Below are positions 11,666 to 24,800 of a stretch of DNA of 64,000 nucleotides, one piece after another (position 1 is the first letter of the stretch; each line of letters opens with the position of its first letter). Made by a program: the position numbers and the translations under genes. Below the pieces are notes generated by a model that was not told the DNA's origin, searched no databases, and worked only from the letters and a program-made list of their open reading frames with translations. The stretch covers positions 186,001 to 250,000 of the forward strand of contig ML978138.1 of the NCBI GenBank assembly GCA_010015805.1, in the 5' to 3' direction. This stretch comes from Rhizodiscina lignyota (taxonomy: Eukaryota).

Positions 11666-12673
11666 AGCGTTCATGAGGAGTCTTGCCATTGTGAGTCTCG
11701 AGTACGTTAGGGTAATTGGAACAAGGGGAAGCCAAGGGGGAGTTAGTTCTGGTTGTTTGAAGCCTGTGCTGGTGCCTTTGGAGTCATTTACTGGGACACG
11801 ATTGTGGGACATCTCACCATGACATGGAATATTTGAATGGAGCGATTTCACGTAGACCCGGAATAAATAAAATAGCGATCAACGTCCATCTCGGGATTTT
11901 ACATCTACAAAGTATCTCCAAGATGTACATTGAAAAGCATTGCAAATTTTCTTTCAATTTGTCATGCTCTCAGCAAACACAAGGCTCCATGTGATTGTTC
12001 AAGGTAATCTGCAATTAGAAGCGTAGGGGTGGTAAATAATGACACGTTAGAATCGTATGTCCGTGACAGCTCATCATCTGAGAGTCCCTTTCGGGCGCCC
12101 GGATGAGAGTAAAACTTAGGACACCAGGCGTATTGCTAATAAGGAGTGGCCCTGCCGTGAGTTCTTTTGATTGGCGAAAGCCGACCGAAGATTGCCGCCC
12201 TGAAGAACACACCGACAAAGCGAAAGACCAGTAGAGTGTGACTATGGTGAATAGTCATAAGGGAGTACATGAAGTGTTGCGTTCCCCTTTCCCAGCGAGC
12301 GTTGTTCGGCGATTAAAGGTGCGTAAGTGCCGTGGGCCAATCTTTTGAAGGAAAACTTTTGTTTGGTAATTTAAATGCAATCCAAACCCATATACGCGCC
12401 GACTATATGCACATGCTCCTCGTTGTTGTCGTGTCTGCGGCGGCGGGACGCGTCCCATTCCTTTGCCCGTAGTCCGTGGGGGTATCATTGTCCCTTGCCT
12501 TGCGCCGCTGATCCGATAATGATGTTGCCTGCCGGGGTATATTGATATTTGATAAATGATGTTGAGTACCTAGTACTGAAACAAGTGCGAGCCCGCTATG
12601 CAGAGAAAGCGCGATGAATGGGATACCAACAGAGTCGAAAACTGATGGAATGAATATGTTGGTTAGGAAATGT

Positions 12674-14305
12674 TCAAGTCGAGTAAGCCTTGGGTGCGGC
12701 ACCGCTCCTTTGGCGCTGCATCGTAACTGATTCTGTTCTTAGCCTTTCAAAGCTTGCCATATGTTGAGGTTGCGGTTGCATCAAAGGAGTATAATGCTGG
12801 CCGCTAACCAAGGATCCCCCGTCCGTGGTAGAGATGTCGATCGAATTGCGCTTCGAGTTTGTTGTTGAGCTGAGCGTATACAAGTTGGTGGCCGAGTCAT
12901 TACGCTCAAGGTGCTCAGTTGATGAGGTAGACGGTAGTCCGTGGTGCATGGAGATGCGCCCCTTTTTTAGCGCAGGAGTCGAGGTTGCCGTAGAACTGTA
13001 ACTTAAAGAGGGCGCAGTGGTTGGTGAGTGATCTGGACTACCGGTGATGGGAATGTAGCCCAGGACGGCATTATCTGTGACTGAAGAAACGGCTGCACGA
13101 GTTGCTGGCGGGCCCATTACTTCGCTCACTGGTCCACTGAACGAATGACGCCCTTCTGAAGACTGGTTCTGATTCCATTCCATCGCTTCCGTAGTGTACC
13201 GAATATGCGCGTTACGGCCGCTACGCATCAATGGATCGCTCACAGCTGTTGCTGCAGTAATTGAAGAACGACTGCCGCTACTGGGAACAGGCGGAAGCTG
13301 CCGATCAATGTAAGCTCCCGCCAGTGAAGTTTGGAGCTGTGCCATACCAAACGGTGACACGCTCTCCGAAGCAGTAATCGTATTGCGCGGAACGGCAGTG
13401 TTGATGTATGTTGGCTGGGAAGGCACAAAGTGGAGATCTGACTCCGTGTACAGCCGATTCGTATGACTGACGGGTATCGGCTCGGACCTCGTGGCGTATG
13501 GTTTCATCGGACCGTGATACCCGTACAACGAGCCATTGAAAGATTCCTGGGTAGTGATAAACGGCGCTGTCTGTACCCCATATGGCTCATCCGCGTAGTA
13601 TTGGCCGCCGCCCAGTGACATTGGGTTCGAAAATGCTGCTCTAGATGTTCCAGCGCTGTATTGCGTAGAGGGATAACTCCGAGAGTATGGAGGATATGGC
13701 TGTGTATTGGATGGGAGCATCGCATTGACGCTGAGGTTCGGGCTAGATGCAAATCCATCAGGCAAATTGCCCAGAGGAGCATGTCCCGTGAGAGAGACTT
13801 CGGATGATCCAACCTGTTCCCATATGAGCGCCAGTTTAATGTTGAAATGCGTCAACTTACTCTATGAAACTTGCACTCGTTGATGTTGGCGCCAGCTGCT
13901 TGACAGTTACGGCAGCCTGTGCCATCTCCAGGATCTCCACTACATCTGATCTTGCGTTTGCGACAACGAGCACACTTGTAATAGTTAGTAGACTTCTATG
14001 AGATTCGTAATATGAATCTGATGCTTGTGTTTGCTACAGAGCAAAGAGATTGTACTCACTGCAACGGCAACACGACGTCGTGTCTGTCCATTTCCGCTAT
14101 CAGTCTCGAGCTCTATGGATGGAGGACTGTTGCCTCGCCGTGATACAGGGCAAATGCGAGAGTCCATCCGGCCTGCTAGTGGAGCGATACTCGAAGGGAA
14201 ATTACGATCGTTTGCGTAGTGGATGCCACTTCTGGTTTCCTGTCCTCTGCGAAAAGGGTCGAAATCGCTGTGATAGTGAAGTGCTCGTGTCGTCGTCTGC
14301 ATCAT
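12674..14305 (-). CDS. Zn(II)2Cys6 transcription factor with Ser/Pro/Tyr-rich C-terminal region
   Basis: Exons 14305-14060, 13974-13861, 13813-12674 give RRRVAVA|CARCRKRKIRCSGDPGDGTGCRNCQAAGANINECKF, a binuclear cluster. No fungal TF middle-homology region is evident. About 3 kb of upstream sequence has no confidently identified gene. Confidence 0.9.
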
Positions 14306-17102
14306 GCTAAGCAACTCGCAAGCACATGTCGTGGCAATAGAGAGGTGAAGGGTAGCAACAAGATCTTTTGCGATTCTGGAGGTGGCGCTAGAAAAACTCT
14401 CTGCGGAGTAGAGACACTTCAACAGATTGGAGTCCTGGGGAATTGCAGGTCGATCTGCTGATACTCTAAGGTTGTGGAGTGTGAGGCTGGGTCTCGGCAG
14501 CCTGTGTAAAGTCTGTGGGGCGGCCTCTGTTCAAGATCGTTGGAACCCCAGTGTGGTGGAACAAACGGAAAAAGTTATTCTCATATAGTCTGGGATCTTC
14601 CTACCCTCCTGGTAATGCTCATGATTGCTCATCAGAAGATCGTGCTGAAGTGTGGACATCAGTCTGTGCGAGCCATTCATTTCTCATCTTGCTCATACTC
14701 ACGAAGGCGTTGGCCGTCAATCTATGGTGGATTGATACTGACAAGCTGGACACTTCAGCGTCAGCGTGGAGCGTTTGGAGACCCCTGTCTTGGTACTCCG
14801 TCTTAGACTTTAAGTTGATTGGCCGTGGCTGGCGCAGCTTGACGGATAGCTGCGTTTCTGAGTGGATTCCCCCTGACCTCTTCGACCTGGAGCAAACGTC
14901 TTTCGCGCACGACCTGTACTCTTCGTCGTGTGACGCTCTTCCAGAGGATAGCAAGGCACCGCTGTGCACCCGATGATAAGCGACTAGTGCGCTAGGTCGC
15001 TCAGGCTATGCTCGAGCAAAGTCAACGATTGACGCGGCTGTGGGGTTTGAAACGACCTGGAGATAACAAGGCAGCAAAGACTGAGACATCGGCAAACTGA
15101 CCAACAGTCTAATGGAGAGGCTATTGATCAAACAAGAATGAGCGGGGAATTCCAGTGCGTGGGCAATCAGGATCCAAGCGCCCTTCCGCCCTCTCGGCTA
15201 GATTTGGACTGTCCGTGGAACCGAGAGCAAGACGGTTTCCCTCACTGATGCTGCGGTTGGTCATACCTAGCTGCACAGAGGCTTCAACGAGCAAACAGAG
15301 AGCATCTGCTCCTCAAGCAGTAACCGTACGCTGACGCAACGGGCTAGGTCATATACTGTTGCAACCAAATGAGTGAGAACACAAACAGCATTCCAGAGAA
15401 GATTGAAACATACCTTGGGAGTAGACCACGTCGAGGTAAGTAAAGACATGTCAGTCTTTTATTTCAAGCTGCACATTATCGGATAAAGGTCATAACAGGA
15501 GAGAAGCTGACAAGGCTACGTGTAAGTATTAGGGGGGGCTAGCCTTCGTGGCGCAACCATTTTGTAGATGGAGTCGAGCTTTCAAGCTGGTCACATTTGC
15601 CATACGGCTAAAGTGAAGAAATTGTGAGCGCGAGCTCTGCGAGTTGACCTGCGTCCGGATGAGTAGTACTTCACACACACATCCTAGGGCGCAGCTGTTG
15701 CGACAATGCAGCAAAGCGGCGCATGTAATCGTTCTCCACAGATACCGCTATTTCCATAAGGGACACGGTTAATTCTCAGGGGATATGTGTTTGTCTTGTC
15801 ATTGCAAGAATTGAATGATGGCTAACAGTGAGCTAAAGGGCTCATTCCTGCATGTGCACCTGCGGGTGTGATTGCATAACTATGTATGATCCGGTTGCGC
15901 TGCTGCTGCAGCAAAAGCATTAGAGCGAGCAGGTAGTATCGGCAGAAGGAAATCATCTTGGCGACTTTGCCCTGCCTGGAGGATCCTTTTTCCTAAACAA
16001 TTCCGAGGTCTAACAGAAGAAAGTCGCACTCGTTCACCTCCAAGGATGGAGTGCAACAAGCTTGAGAAACAAGAAAAAGAAATCAATCGTAGATGTCGAC
16101 AAAGGAGGAATAATGCGCTCTCATAATGGTTTCCGCGCCAACGCACTTTCAGGCAAGGACTCAACGGAATCATCAACAGGAACAACTTCAGAATGTGTTC
16201 ATTCTGCCGTTTTTCCACGGCGCATTTTGACCAATTGCTGTGGAAATCTCGGTCAACCCACAGCTACGGTTGGTCTCGATCGGATGGGTATGGGCCGTTC
16301 GCCTATTATGCGGATACATGGGGGGAACTATTCCATAGCGTTCTTAGAGTGAATTGAAGCATAATCACTGGGCTCGTCGTAATTGAATCATACAGACGTT
16401 CCGAGTCCATTTGCTGAGGTTGGGCCAGTATGGCAGAGGAATCCACCCCCGGCAGCCTTCTGAGGACTCGTCTGGATTCGGTTGGAGCTTACACCGGTTA
16501 TAGTTCCCAACCACGTGGTGTGGAAATTTCGAGGCGCCAGGTCGGCTGTGAATGCGAACTGCAGGTCTGCCTGCAATTGTTCATGGTTCGAGCCGTTCCG
16601 CCGTACATAGAAGGAGCGGTTAGCGAGAGAGAAACGCCAGCGACAAGGATTCGATGACGATGCACGGCTCAGCGTGAAGAAGATATCTGTAACCCTGTCG
16701 TGCAGACATTCTTCGGACAGCTGCAGAAGATCGGCTTGCGGATGGCGCTTTCCGGTGAAGCCGGATAACATGATTGGCACGTAAGAGAAGTGGTTGACAT
16801 GGAGACACAAGAAGAAAGTCTTTGAGATCCTGTTCGAAGCGTGCGTGAAAAAGCTGGCCCGCTGAGCCAGGGTTCGCGGTCGATTCCCTCAATAATAAGT
16901 GTGTGAAGAAGATAATTCTCCGAGAGTACGCCACTTATCGTACGCCACTCCCAATCCTCTTTGATCGATCGTGGATGATCGAAGCACAAGCATATATGCC
17001 GATGTCCGCGGAATTTTGCCACAAATTTCGCCAGCTGTTGAACAACGAAAGCTCAACTGGAGGTTGAGTCCGCTCCGGGAGTAGTCGGAATTTTTTTTTG
17101 GC

Positions 17103-17110
17103 TCACGTGA
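17103..17110. promoter_or_regulatory. Palindromic E-box TCACGTGA next to a poly-T tract, upstream of the cyclophilin-RRM gene
   Basis: GGAATTTTTTTTTGGCTCACGTGA lies ~170 bp upstream of ATG 17278 and matches a bHLH (Cbf1-type) core. Function is inferred only. Confidence 0.35.
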
Positions 17111-17277
17111 TTTCCCCAGATTGCAACTCCATGACTCGCGTCGGCCGGGGGTGTACTGCTTTCATTTTCTTGTGCCACGACTTCAGTCCTCCCCACATCT
17201 CTTCTCAACTTTGGAAACGCCAACTCGCTACGTACATCTTGCATCCTGCATCGTAGAGGATTGCCCTCGAGAGGACA

Positions 17278-18827
17278 ATGTCGGTTCTACTCGAGACTTC
17301 GTTAGGCGACATTGTCATCGATCTTCTGGTCGATTATGCGCCCAAGACCTGTGAAAAGTGAGTTTATTCCACCCCATACACTGGGCCATTCTACAGGCCC
17401 ACCCTATTCTGAGAAGCTGAGTACATCACTAAGACATCCGTCGCTCCTCTAGCTTCCTGAAGCTATGCAAGGTCAAATACTACAACTATTCGCCCGTCTA
17501 CAACATCCAGCGCAACTTTGTCTTCCAAACGGGCGACCCAATCGGTCCGGGATATAAGGACAGCGATGGTGGATCATCGATATGGGGCCTACTTCAAGGT
17601 CCATCAAAGAAGGCTTTTGCACCAGAGTTCCACTCAGAGCTGAAGCACAAGGAGCGTGGTACCGTCACTATGGCCACGGCACCATTACCGGGGGACGAGA
17701 AGGAACGCGTCGCGGGGTCACAATTCCTCATCACGCTGGGCGATAATATAGACTACCTGGACCAAGATCATAGAGGCGCGATATTCGGCCACGTCGTCGA
17801 AGGATTTGATGTGTTGGAGAAGATCAACAACGCATTCACCGACAAAAACGGCCGTCCCCTCCAGGACATCCGTATCAGACACACAGTCATTCTCGACGAT
17901 CCTTTCCCTGATCCTCCCAGCTTGCGCGAACCTTCAAAGAGTCCTCCACCTTCTGAGGCGCAAAAGGCAACGGTTCGCATCGCCGACGACGAAACATTTG
18001 AGGACGAGCTTGACGAAGAGGCCATGGCGAAGCTACGAGCCCAGCGTGATATGGAAGCACGAGCACTAACACTCGAGTTGATGGGAGACCTGCCCTTTGC
18101 CGAGGTCAAGCCGCCGGAGAATGTCCTGTTCGTCTGCAAGCTCAACCCTGTCACTCGGGAGGAAGATCTCGAGCTCATCTTCGGACGCTTCGGTACCATT
18201 CTCAGCTGCGAGGTCATCCGCGACAAGAAGACAGGTGACAGCCTGCAATATGCCTTCATCGAATTCGAAGATAGCAAGAGCGTGGATCGGGCATACTCCA
18301 AGATGGATGATGTGCTGATCGATGATCATCGCATTCACGTCGACTTCAGTCAGTCGGTCTCCAAGCTCTCAGACGCATGGCGTCATGCGACAATCAAGAA
18401 ACGCATGCATACTCGTGGCTTTGGTGGAATCGATAGTCTCGAGAAGCGCAAGCAGTACAGGGCGGAGGATGTTGAAAGAGAGAGGGACAAGGCTAGCTCT
18501 CGGTATGGAATGATCCATGATCGCGAATCCGAAAGAGCTGCATCTCTGTCCGCCGTTAACGTAGATAAATACGATGATCGAGAGAAGAAGAGGCACCGGT
18601 CACGCAGTCGAGACCGTCAAGATCAAGGCAGAGATCGTGACCGCGACCGTGACCGTGACCACTATGGCGATAGGAAGAGAAGGCGTTCTTACAGTCGTAG
18701 CCCGAAGCGCGACGACAAGTACAGGGAGAGGGATCGGTACGAGGACCGTCGACGCCATAGATCACGAGACAGGAGCCCGAGGGGAGATCGGTACGATGAT
18801 CGACGTGATGATCGACGTAGGAGATGA
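17278..18827 (+). CDS. Peptidyl-prolyl isomerase-like 4 (cyclophilin + RRM + RS/RD tail; PPIL4/Rct1/Cyp6 family)
   Basis: [34 protein letters not shown] across intron 17358-17452. [16 protein letters not shown]...SLQYAFIEF...[14 protein letters not shown], followed by an RD/RS-rich tail. Confidence 0.95.
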
Positions 18828-19089
18828 ATGCAAGGCGTGAATAGTTACGATTATGAAGGATCTAGGCTGTGAACGATAGCATTGAGCATGGCGTTCACGG
18901 GTAGCATGAATATACCACTTTCGTGCTGAGTGCACGCTTCTTTTCTGACTGGCTTTGTAGTTCTGTATGATAGATTACACCTCAAGCATTAATATACGAG
19001 GTTCTAAACCTGATATAGCAATGCACTCTGACCTGTGCCACCTACGAGACGTCGAGAGCCTCCAATCAGTAGTGCTAGTACTCATTCGA

Positions 19090-19865
19090 AGGTGACAAAG
19101 AAGTTTGACCACAACTACGCTAAATCGAACCACCTGGATGCTCACTCTCTCCAGGTACTCCAAGCTTAGTACGTTCAAGCCATGCACATTTGACAAATAT
19201 TGTCTGAAGCATATCAAATCAGGCTTTCGGGGATGCTCTCGCCTTTATTAAGAAATAAAATTCGTTCAAGCTGCACTAATTAAACTTCGTTAGACTCCAC
19301 TGTTTTACGCAGGAGAGGCAGGTATAATAAGTTTTTGATGGCCCACGTAGAATCTTACCGATCGTTACAAAAAGGTTGAGCTACGGCAACATTATATCGA
19401 ACCAAGACACTAACGCCCTCCACCCGCAATAAGTTGTACCCAATAAAGCCGTGAACGTTTGAGAAATATCGGTTCGAGCTTCCAAATATTCTCTTATGTG
19501 TATTGAAGAGAGCAGTCCATTTAAGCTGCACCACTTCGACTTCGTGAAGTGCAACTGTTTTTGTACAGAACAGTAATGACAAGGGTATTTCTTTCCTCTT
19601 TTTAAACAGACTACCTAGCATCCTATCGGGGTTACGAAATAGCACGGCCAGGGCTAAGATATGGGGCCGCAAAGACATATATCCTCTTCAGTCGATACAA
19701 GCTGTGGCCTTCAAACATGAAGCTGTGCAAGTCTGACAAATGCTGTCCAAAGCATATCAAAGCAAGCTTCCAGTAACACCCTCGCCTCTGCTGAGGAGCA
19801 AATTTCGTTTGAGCCGTACCAGTTCAACTTTGTCGCGCTCAACTAGTTTCTGCAGAAGAGCGGAG
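19090..19865. repeat. Degenerate tandem triplication with a ~250-290 bp unit
   Basis: Copies at ~19090-19320, ~19360-19575 and ~19620-19865 share alignable blocks: TGCACATTTGACAAATATTGTCTGAAGCATATCAAA / TGAACGTTTGAGAAATATCG / TGCAAGTCTGACAAATGCTGTCCAAAGCATATCAAA, and TTCAAGCTGCACTAATTAAACTTCGT / TTTAAGCTGCACCACTTCGACTTCGT / TTTGAGCCGTACCAGTTCAACTTTGT. Confidence 0.7.
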
Positions 19866-20142
19866 AGGATCACGGATGTCAAACGTTATTGAAGCCAAGC
19901 CGAAAGAGGAAAGGTCGGTTCTGATATCGATTTCGGTCATGCACAACGGATGTTTCCGAACAACATCGCCAACAACATCTGCGTCAAGCTTTAAACTCAT
20001 GTTCCTCTCCATACACAACAAACATGGTCACAGATGACACCAGGTTGATACCGGAAAAACACCCCACAGCTTCATACCAACACTCTTTGTCGCCACACAG
20101 AAGCACCGAAGCTCTGTGAGCTTCATCTACACGACCGCCACC

Positions 20143-21821
20143 ATGGACGAACTCCTCGCTGAACAGAGGAGACTCGAGAAGGATGGGAGTTTTAAAACTG
20201 CTATCAAAGATGTGGACAAGACTTTAGAGCTTCTTCAAGCTGCCAGAGATGCCATTGCCGCAGGTTTGTTGCCCAGAACACTCTTCCTAGCTCTACCGGA
20301 ATCCTAACCCATTAAGATAGACCCGTCGAGCGCGGCGATAACCCTCGCGAAGCTTCAGACACCGGTACAGCAGGCATTTGAGGGCATAAATAATGATTTG
20401 AAGAAGATCAACAAAGCACAGAAGAGCTATGACAAGGCTTTCAGCAAGGTGATTCTTTCCCCTCTCAAATGCGTTATCTCGGCACAGCTGTTACGAAATT
20501 CTCGAGCAGGTTTCTGATTAAATGTCTTTATAGAAATTCGATCAGAAGAAAGCAGTTCCCATGCCTCCTAATGATCCTCTCGCGCCACACACATCGCTCA
20601 TCAATCGCGCGATTGCCATGCACCTTCTGCGCGAAGGTCAATTCGGAGTCGCGTCTACGTTCATTGAGGAAGCAAACGCACATCCACCTTCAGTACGGCG
20701 CACCTCGCTCCAACAAACATTACAGAACAATATTAACGTTTTCACGCAGAGCGGCACGTTCAAAATTGACAGTGTCCCAAGCCCAGAGATCTCGTCCACT
20801 CGCTCATTCGACCTACACCAGCAACAAGCTTGGGAACAGGACTTTGCTGACGGCACGTTGAAGTCAGAGGTCCTACAGAGACAATTCTCAGACATGTACT
20901 ACATCCTACACGAGTTACGCACGAACGAGAACCTACAACCGGCAATTGAATGGGCCAGGAAAAATGCGGCGACACTTGAGAGTCGCGGAAGCAATCTGGA
21001 GTTTGAACTGTGCAGGCTACAATTTGTTGTTTTGTTCTCTGGAGGCACAAGCGGTCCACCTGACGCAGACATGGACATGGATACCGACGACGACCCTTCA
21101 GCCACTCAAAAGACACCACCAAATCCGCTCGATGGTCCTCTTCGTGCCTGGGCATACGCTCGCTCATCCTTCCCAGCGTTCCAAATCCGTTATCAGAAAG
21201 AGATCCAACAGCTAGCATGCGGCATGAGTTTCTACCCGAATCTAACAGACTCGCCGTACGTATCGCTGTTTGCAAACGGATCCGCTTGGGAAGATGTCGC
21301 GACTAGTTTTACACGCGAGTTCTGCAGCTTGCTCGGTTTGAGCGCCGATAGTCCGTTGTATGTTGCGGCCACAGCGGGGGCGATCGCTCTGCCGAAGATG
21401 AAGAAGTACTACGAGATGAAGGCGAAGCATAAGACGGAGTGGAGCACAGTGGTGGAGATGCCTGTAAGTGCTAATATCTCCTTCATCAGTTACTTTCGAT
21501 TTATTTTGTCTTACCGACTATCACCGACATTGTCGACTCATCCATTGCGCTGTCCCTTTTGCTTTTTCATTTGAAATCAAAAATCCTGACGATGTACAGG
21601 TTGAGGTTCCCCTTCCTCCCTCCTATTACTTCCACCCCATCTTCGTCTGCCCTGTTTCTCGCGAGCAGGCTACAGACGCAAACCCGCCAATGATGATGCC
21701 TTGCGGTCATGTTATTCTCCAGGAGAGTCTGGCGAACACCAGTAAGGGGGCGAGATTCAAGTGTCCATACTGCCCAAGCGAGAGCCATCCAAGAGATGCC
21801 AGGAAAGTCTTCTTGGCCTGA
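20143..21821 (+). CDS. RMD5: GID/CTLH complex RING subunit Rmd5/Gid2 (LisH-CTLH-CRA-degenerate RING)
   Basis: Introns 20264-20320, 20449-20533, 21464-21599. LisH INRAIAMHLLREGQF, CTLH AIEWA...SNLEFEL, and C-terminal FHPIFVCPVSREQATDANPPMMMPCGHV...FKCPYCP. Confidence 0.93.
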
Positions 21822-24800
21822 TCTCAAGCTCAGCTTTCTCAGCTCACAGGATCACGATTGATGTGTATATGCCAAGTTGCATTTCAAGGAGTCTTGACGG
21901 GTTTTGGGCTTTGATTCTCTGGGTTTTTGACGTGGGTCATTGGTCACTGTACATAGCTGATCTTGGTCGTATACCAAACTTCTTGCAATAAAAGCAAGTC
22001 TGCCAGGTTTTTCAGCTCATGAAACGCGAAGGAACCGCGAATGATTATGCAGTTGTGGGGTGGGCGAATTTGATTCGTCTGTCCATCAACTGCGCCTCAC
22101 GATAGGGGCTGAAGGATCCTCTTCAAGTTTCGAGCACAGTTCTCTTTTGACCTTCTTTCAACGAGCACACGCGGTGTCTCCGCGCGACTGTAAGACTACG
22201 CGGCAAATACTCATCTTAGTGCTGTCAGAGACGTGGAGTGTTTGCGTGTAATAATTGCCTCAATACGGTAGTTCTAAGCCCGAATTGCTTGGACCTGCCG
22301 TGCCTGCATAGAATATCGGGATCGCCCGCCACTCACGCCACTGCACATTGTACCAAAGAATTTTTTAAAGGCCACTTGCTTTTCCCCAAAATTATAATTC
22401 TTTCGGCGTCTGAACTTTTGAATTTGTCTGAAGTGATGAACTACTATTGCTGCTAGCCGCACGCTTCCGCTCGCGCTTTGAATACACCTAAATCCGTAAT
22501 ATTTGAAATCGAAAACTGTTTTTATGCGCGCAATTTTCATCCGTCATCAGAGCACATTGATATTGATCTTTTTGCCTTCTCCTTGTGATAGATGCCCAAG
22601 CGTTTTATCCCGCGCGCCTACTAGTCTTTTCCAAGCCATTTTGCCACGCTGAGGTCGTATTTTACAGATGTCCTATAATTCCATTACGTTCTACCATCCT
22701 ATTTGATTATGTCTCCTGAGAAGCATACCATAGGCTATTCGCTACCGGTGACAACAGCTGAGGCAACCCGGAATTCGCCTTCACAGCTGGTCACGGAATT
22801 ATCTGTGCACACCTCTACGGGCTGCACTGACATCTTCTCAACCACTGGGGACACGATCTCTCGCCGCACCGTGCTGGGAGCTCTTTCGTCCAATGATCCG
22901 GATGTCTTATTAGCCAGTGAGCCACGTTACGCGTCGGAGTCATAAGCTCACAACATGACATTCCCAATCTGGTGACAGCTCCGTGGTCGGTGAGCCGGGG
23001 GCGGAACAACGTTTGTGGTTACGATATTCCGCGCATGTAACGAAGGGGTGGGTTGTCATTGTCGTCGTCGATGAGGGCTTTGCCTCGCAATGATTCATCC
23101 ATGTGTGGCTGGCCCTTGTCGAAACCTGCCTCACCAGAGCGAGGCAATCCGCATAGATCTAACGCTGCGCAACTGTGTAAAAGCAGCGGACAATGCCGTT
23201 GACGGGTCATGAGATGGAGGCCACTCTGTGTACGAAGCGGCGGTGAGACCTAGAGGCAAGATGGTGCAGGTGATCGAGAAATTTATGTCGTGAGGTCGTT
23301 GCCTTGCTGCGTGTTCTGGGATCGCTCCAGCGAGTCTATTTGCTTTTGAACTGCCGATTGGTTTTCTACCGCCCGAATGATATGCATTGACGCGATGATG
23401 CAGACTGGATGGGTCTGGGAACGAGCTGATTCGCTTCTCGAAGAGGATTGTCACTGACTCCCGCTCAATAGATGTCAGCTCCTATCCCATAACCAATCAA
23501 CAATGGTTGCCTTTCGTCTGTGGGTCTTTTCGTGATGCATGGGTGGAGCGAAGATCCGGAAAGACGAACAAAGAATCTCGCGAGTTTGATAACACGATCC
23601 ACTTTGCAATAAATGACTGGATATTGGCCGTTTGCCTTCTACTCGAACCGGTAAACGATTAGGTTGTGATGCAGTTGTTGCATCCAACGTGGCCGCAACT
23701 AGGACAGCGTTACTACCGTATCCGGTGGTTATTAGGAGAAGTCTCCAGCCACCACTTCTGGAGTGGCTGCAGTGCAGAGAGCCAGTCCATGCGCGAATAT
23801 GCACGAGATGAGACTGTTGAGTTGCATTTCCTTTGCCTCTTGAAAGTAGTGGTCTAGTGGAAGCCTACATTGACTGTGTTGACTCAAATTGTCAGGCAAT
23901 GAAGCAATTATTGATGATGCCCAATGTCGAGGCGCATTAAATCGAAGTAGAAAAGTAAAAGATATTATTGAATTCTGCGAGCTAAAAGGCTGGCTTCGAA
24001 GCATTTTCTGTGATTGGATACGAGATTAAGAATGATAAAAAATCAATAGATGAGCGAAAGGTTCAAATTGGCAGTCTCATGCAGGGAAGTGAATCTCAAC
24101 TAAATTTTGTGAGATCAGATTTGATCATCGAAGTTGAAGTTCATCAAAGACTCATTAACATCATTGATCTCGGCCTAAGATCGCGTCTACTGAGAGAAAA
24201 TCGAGGAATGTCCCAAATAGGCGTCTGTGAAAGCTAATTTGCATGATAGCAGCGGAACACGGTCCGAAAGATGCATCGTAAGCCACTACATTGAAACCAT
24301 TATCTCAGAGAATGCGAATTTGAACAGGAGAGACTGGTAGTACAAGATCACCGGGGACTAGGGAATGCTCCCCGAACCTTGCTCCGTGTAACAACAAAAA
24401 CTTAGCCAGCTGAAGAGTTTCGAAACAGTGAGGCAGAAAGAAATACTTCACTTCAATAGCTATTGGGCATAAATGTACTTCTAGAGACTAAGATGCAAAT
24501 CATTGCGAATTTTAGCACATACAGTGAAACGGCTTGACGGCTGGAGGTCATTCTAACCAACCCCTACACAACACATAAAATGCTCATACGGGTTCAGCTG
24601 AGCGATCAAGATATGATAAAGGTCTGATTGGGAAGATAAACAACAACTTTTAAAGTAGGCTTTTCGAAGAAATTGAGTTGATGCCTTTGATCACGGGAGA
24701 CTTCTCCATTTCCCCGCAGCCACGTAGAGGTATGACGTGCACTGTCCGGATAACAACAGCCCCCCAATTTAGGAGATGATGAGAAACCGGCTCGAGGCCT

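Noticed and set aside
15370..15630. Possible small spliced plus-strand gene (two GTAAGT donors)
   Set aside because: No convincing branch sites, and the product is short and unrecognisable.
16388..17022. Cluster of 75-140 aa overlapping ORFs
   Set aside because: No motif, consistent frame or splice model found.
21464..21489. GTAAGT..GCTAAT..CAG mini-intron inside RMD5 intron 3 (possible nested intron)
   Set aside because: 26 nt is below the workable intron length, and removal does not create a new donor.
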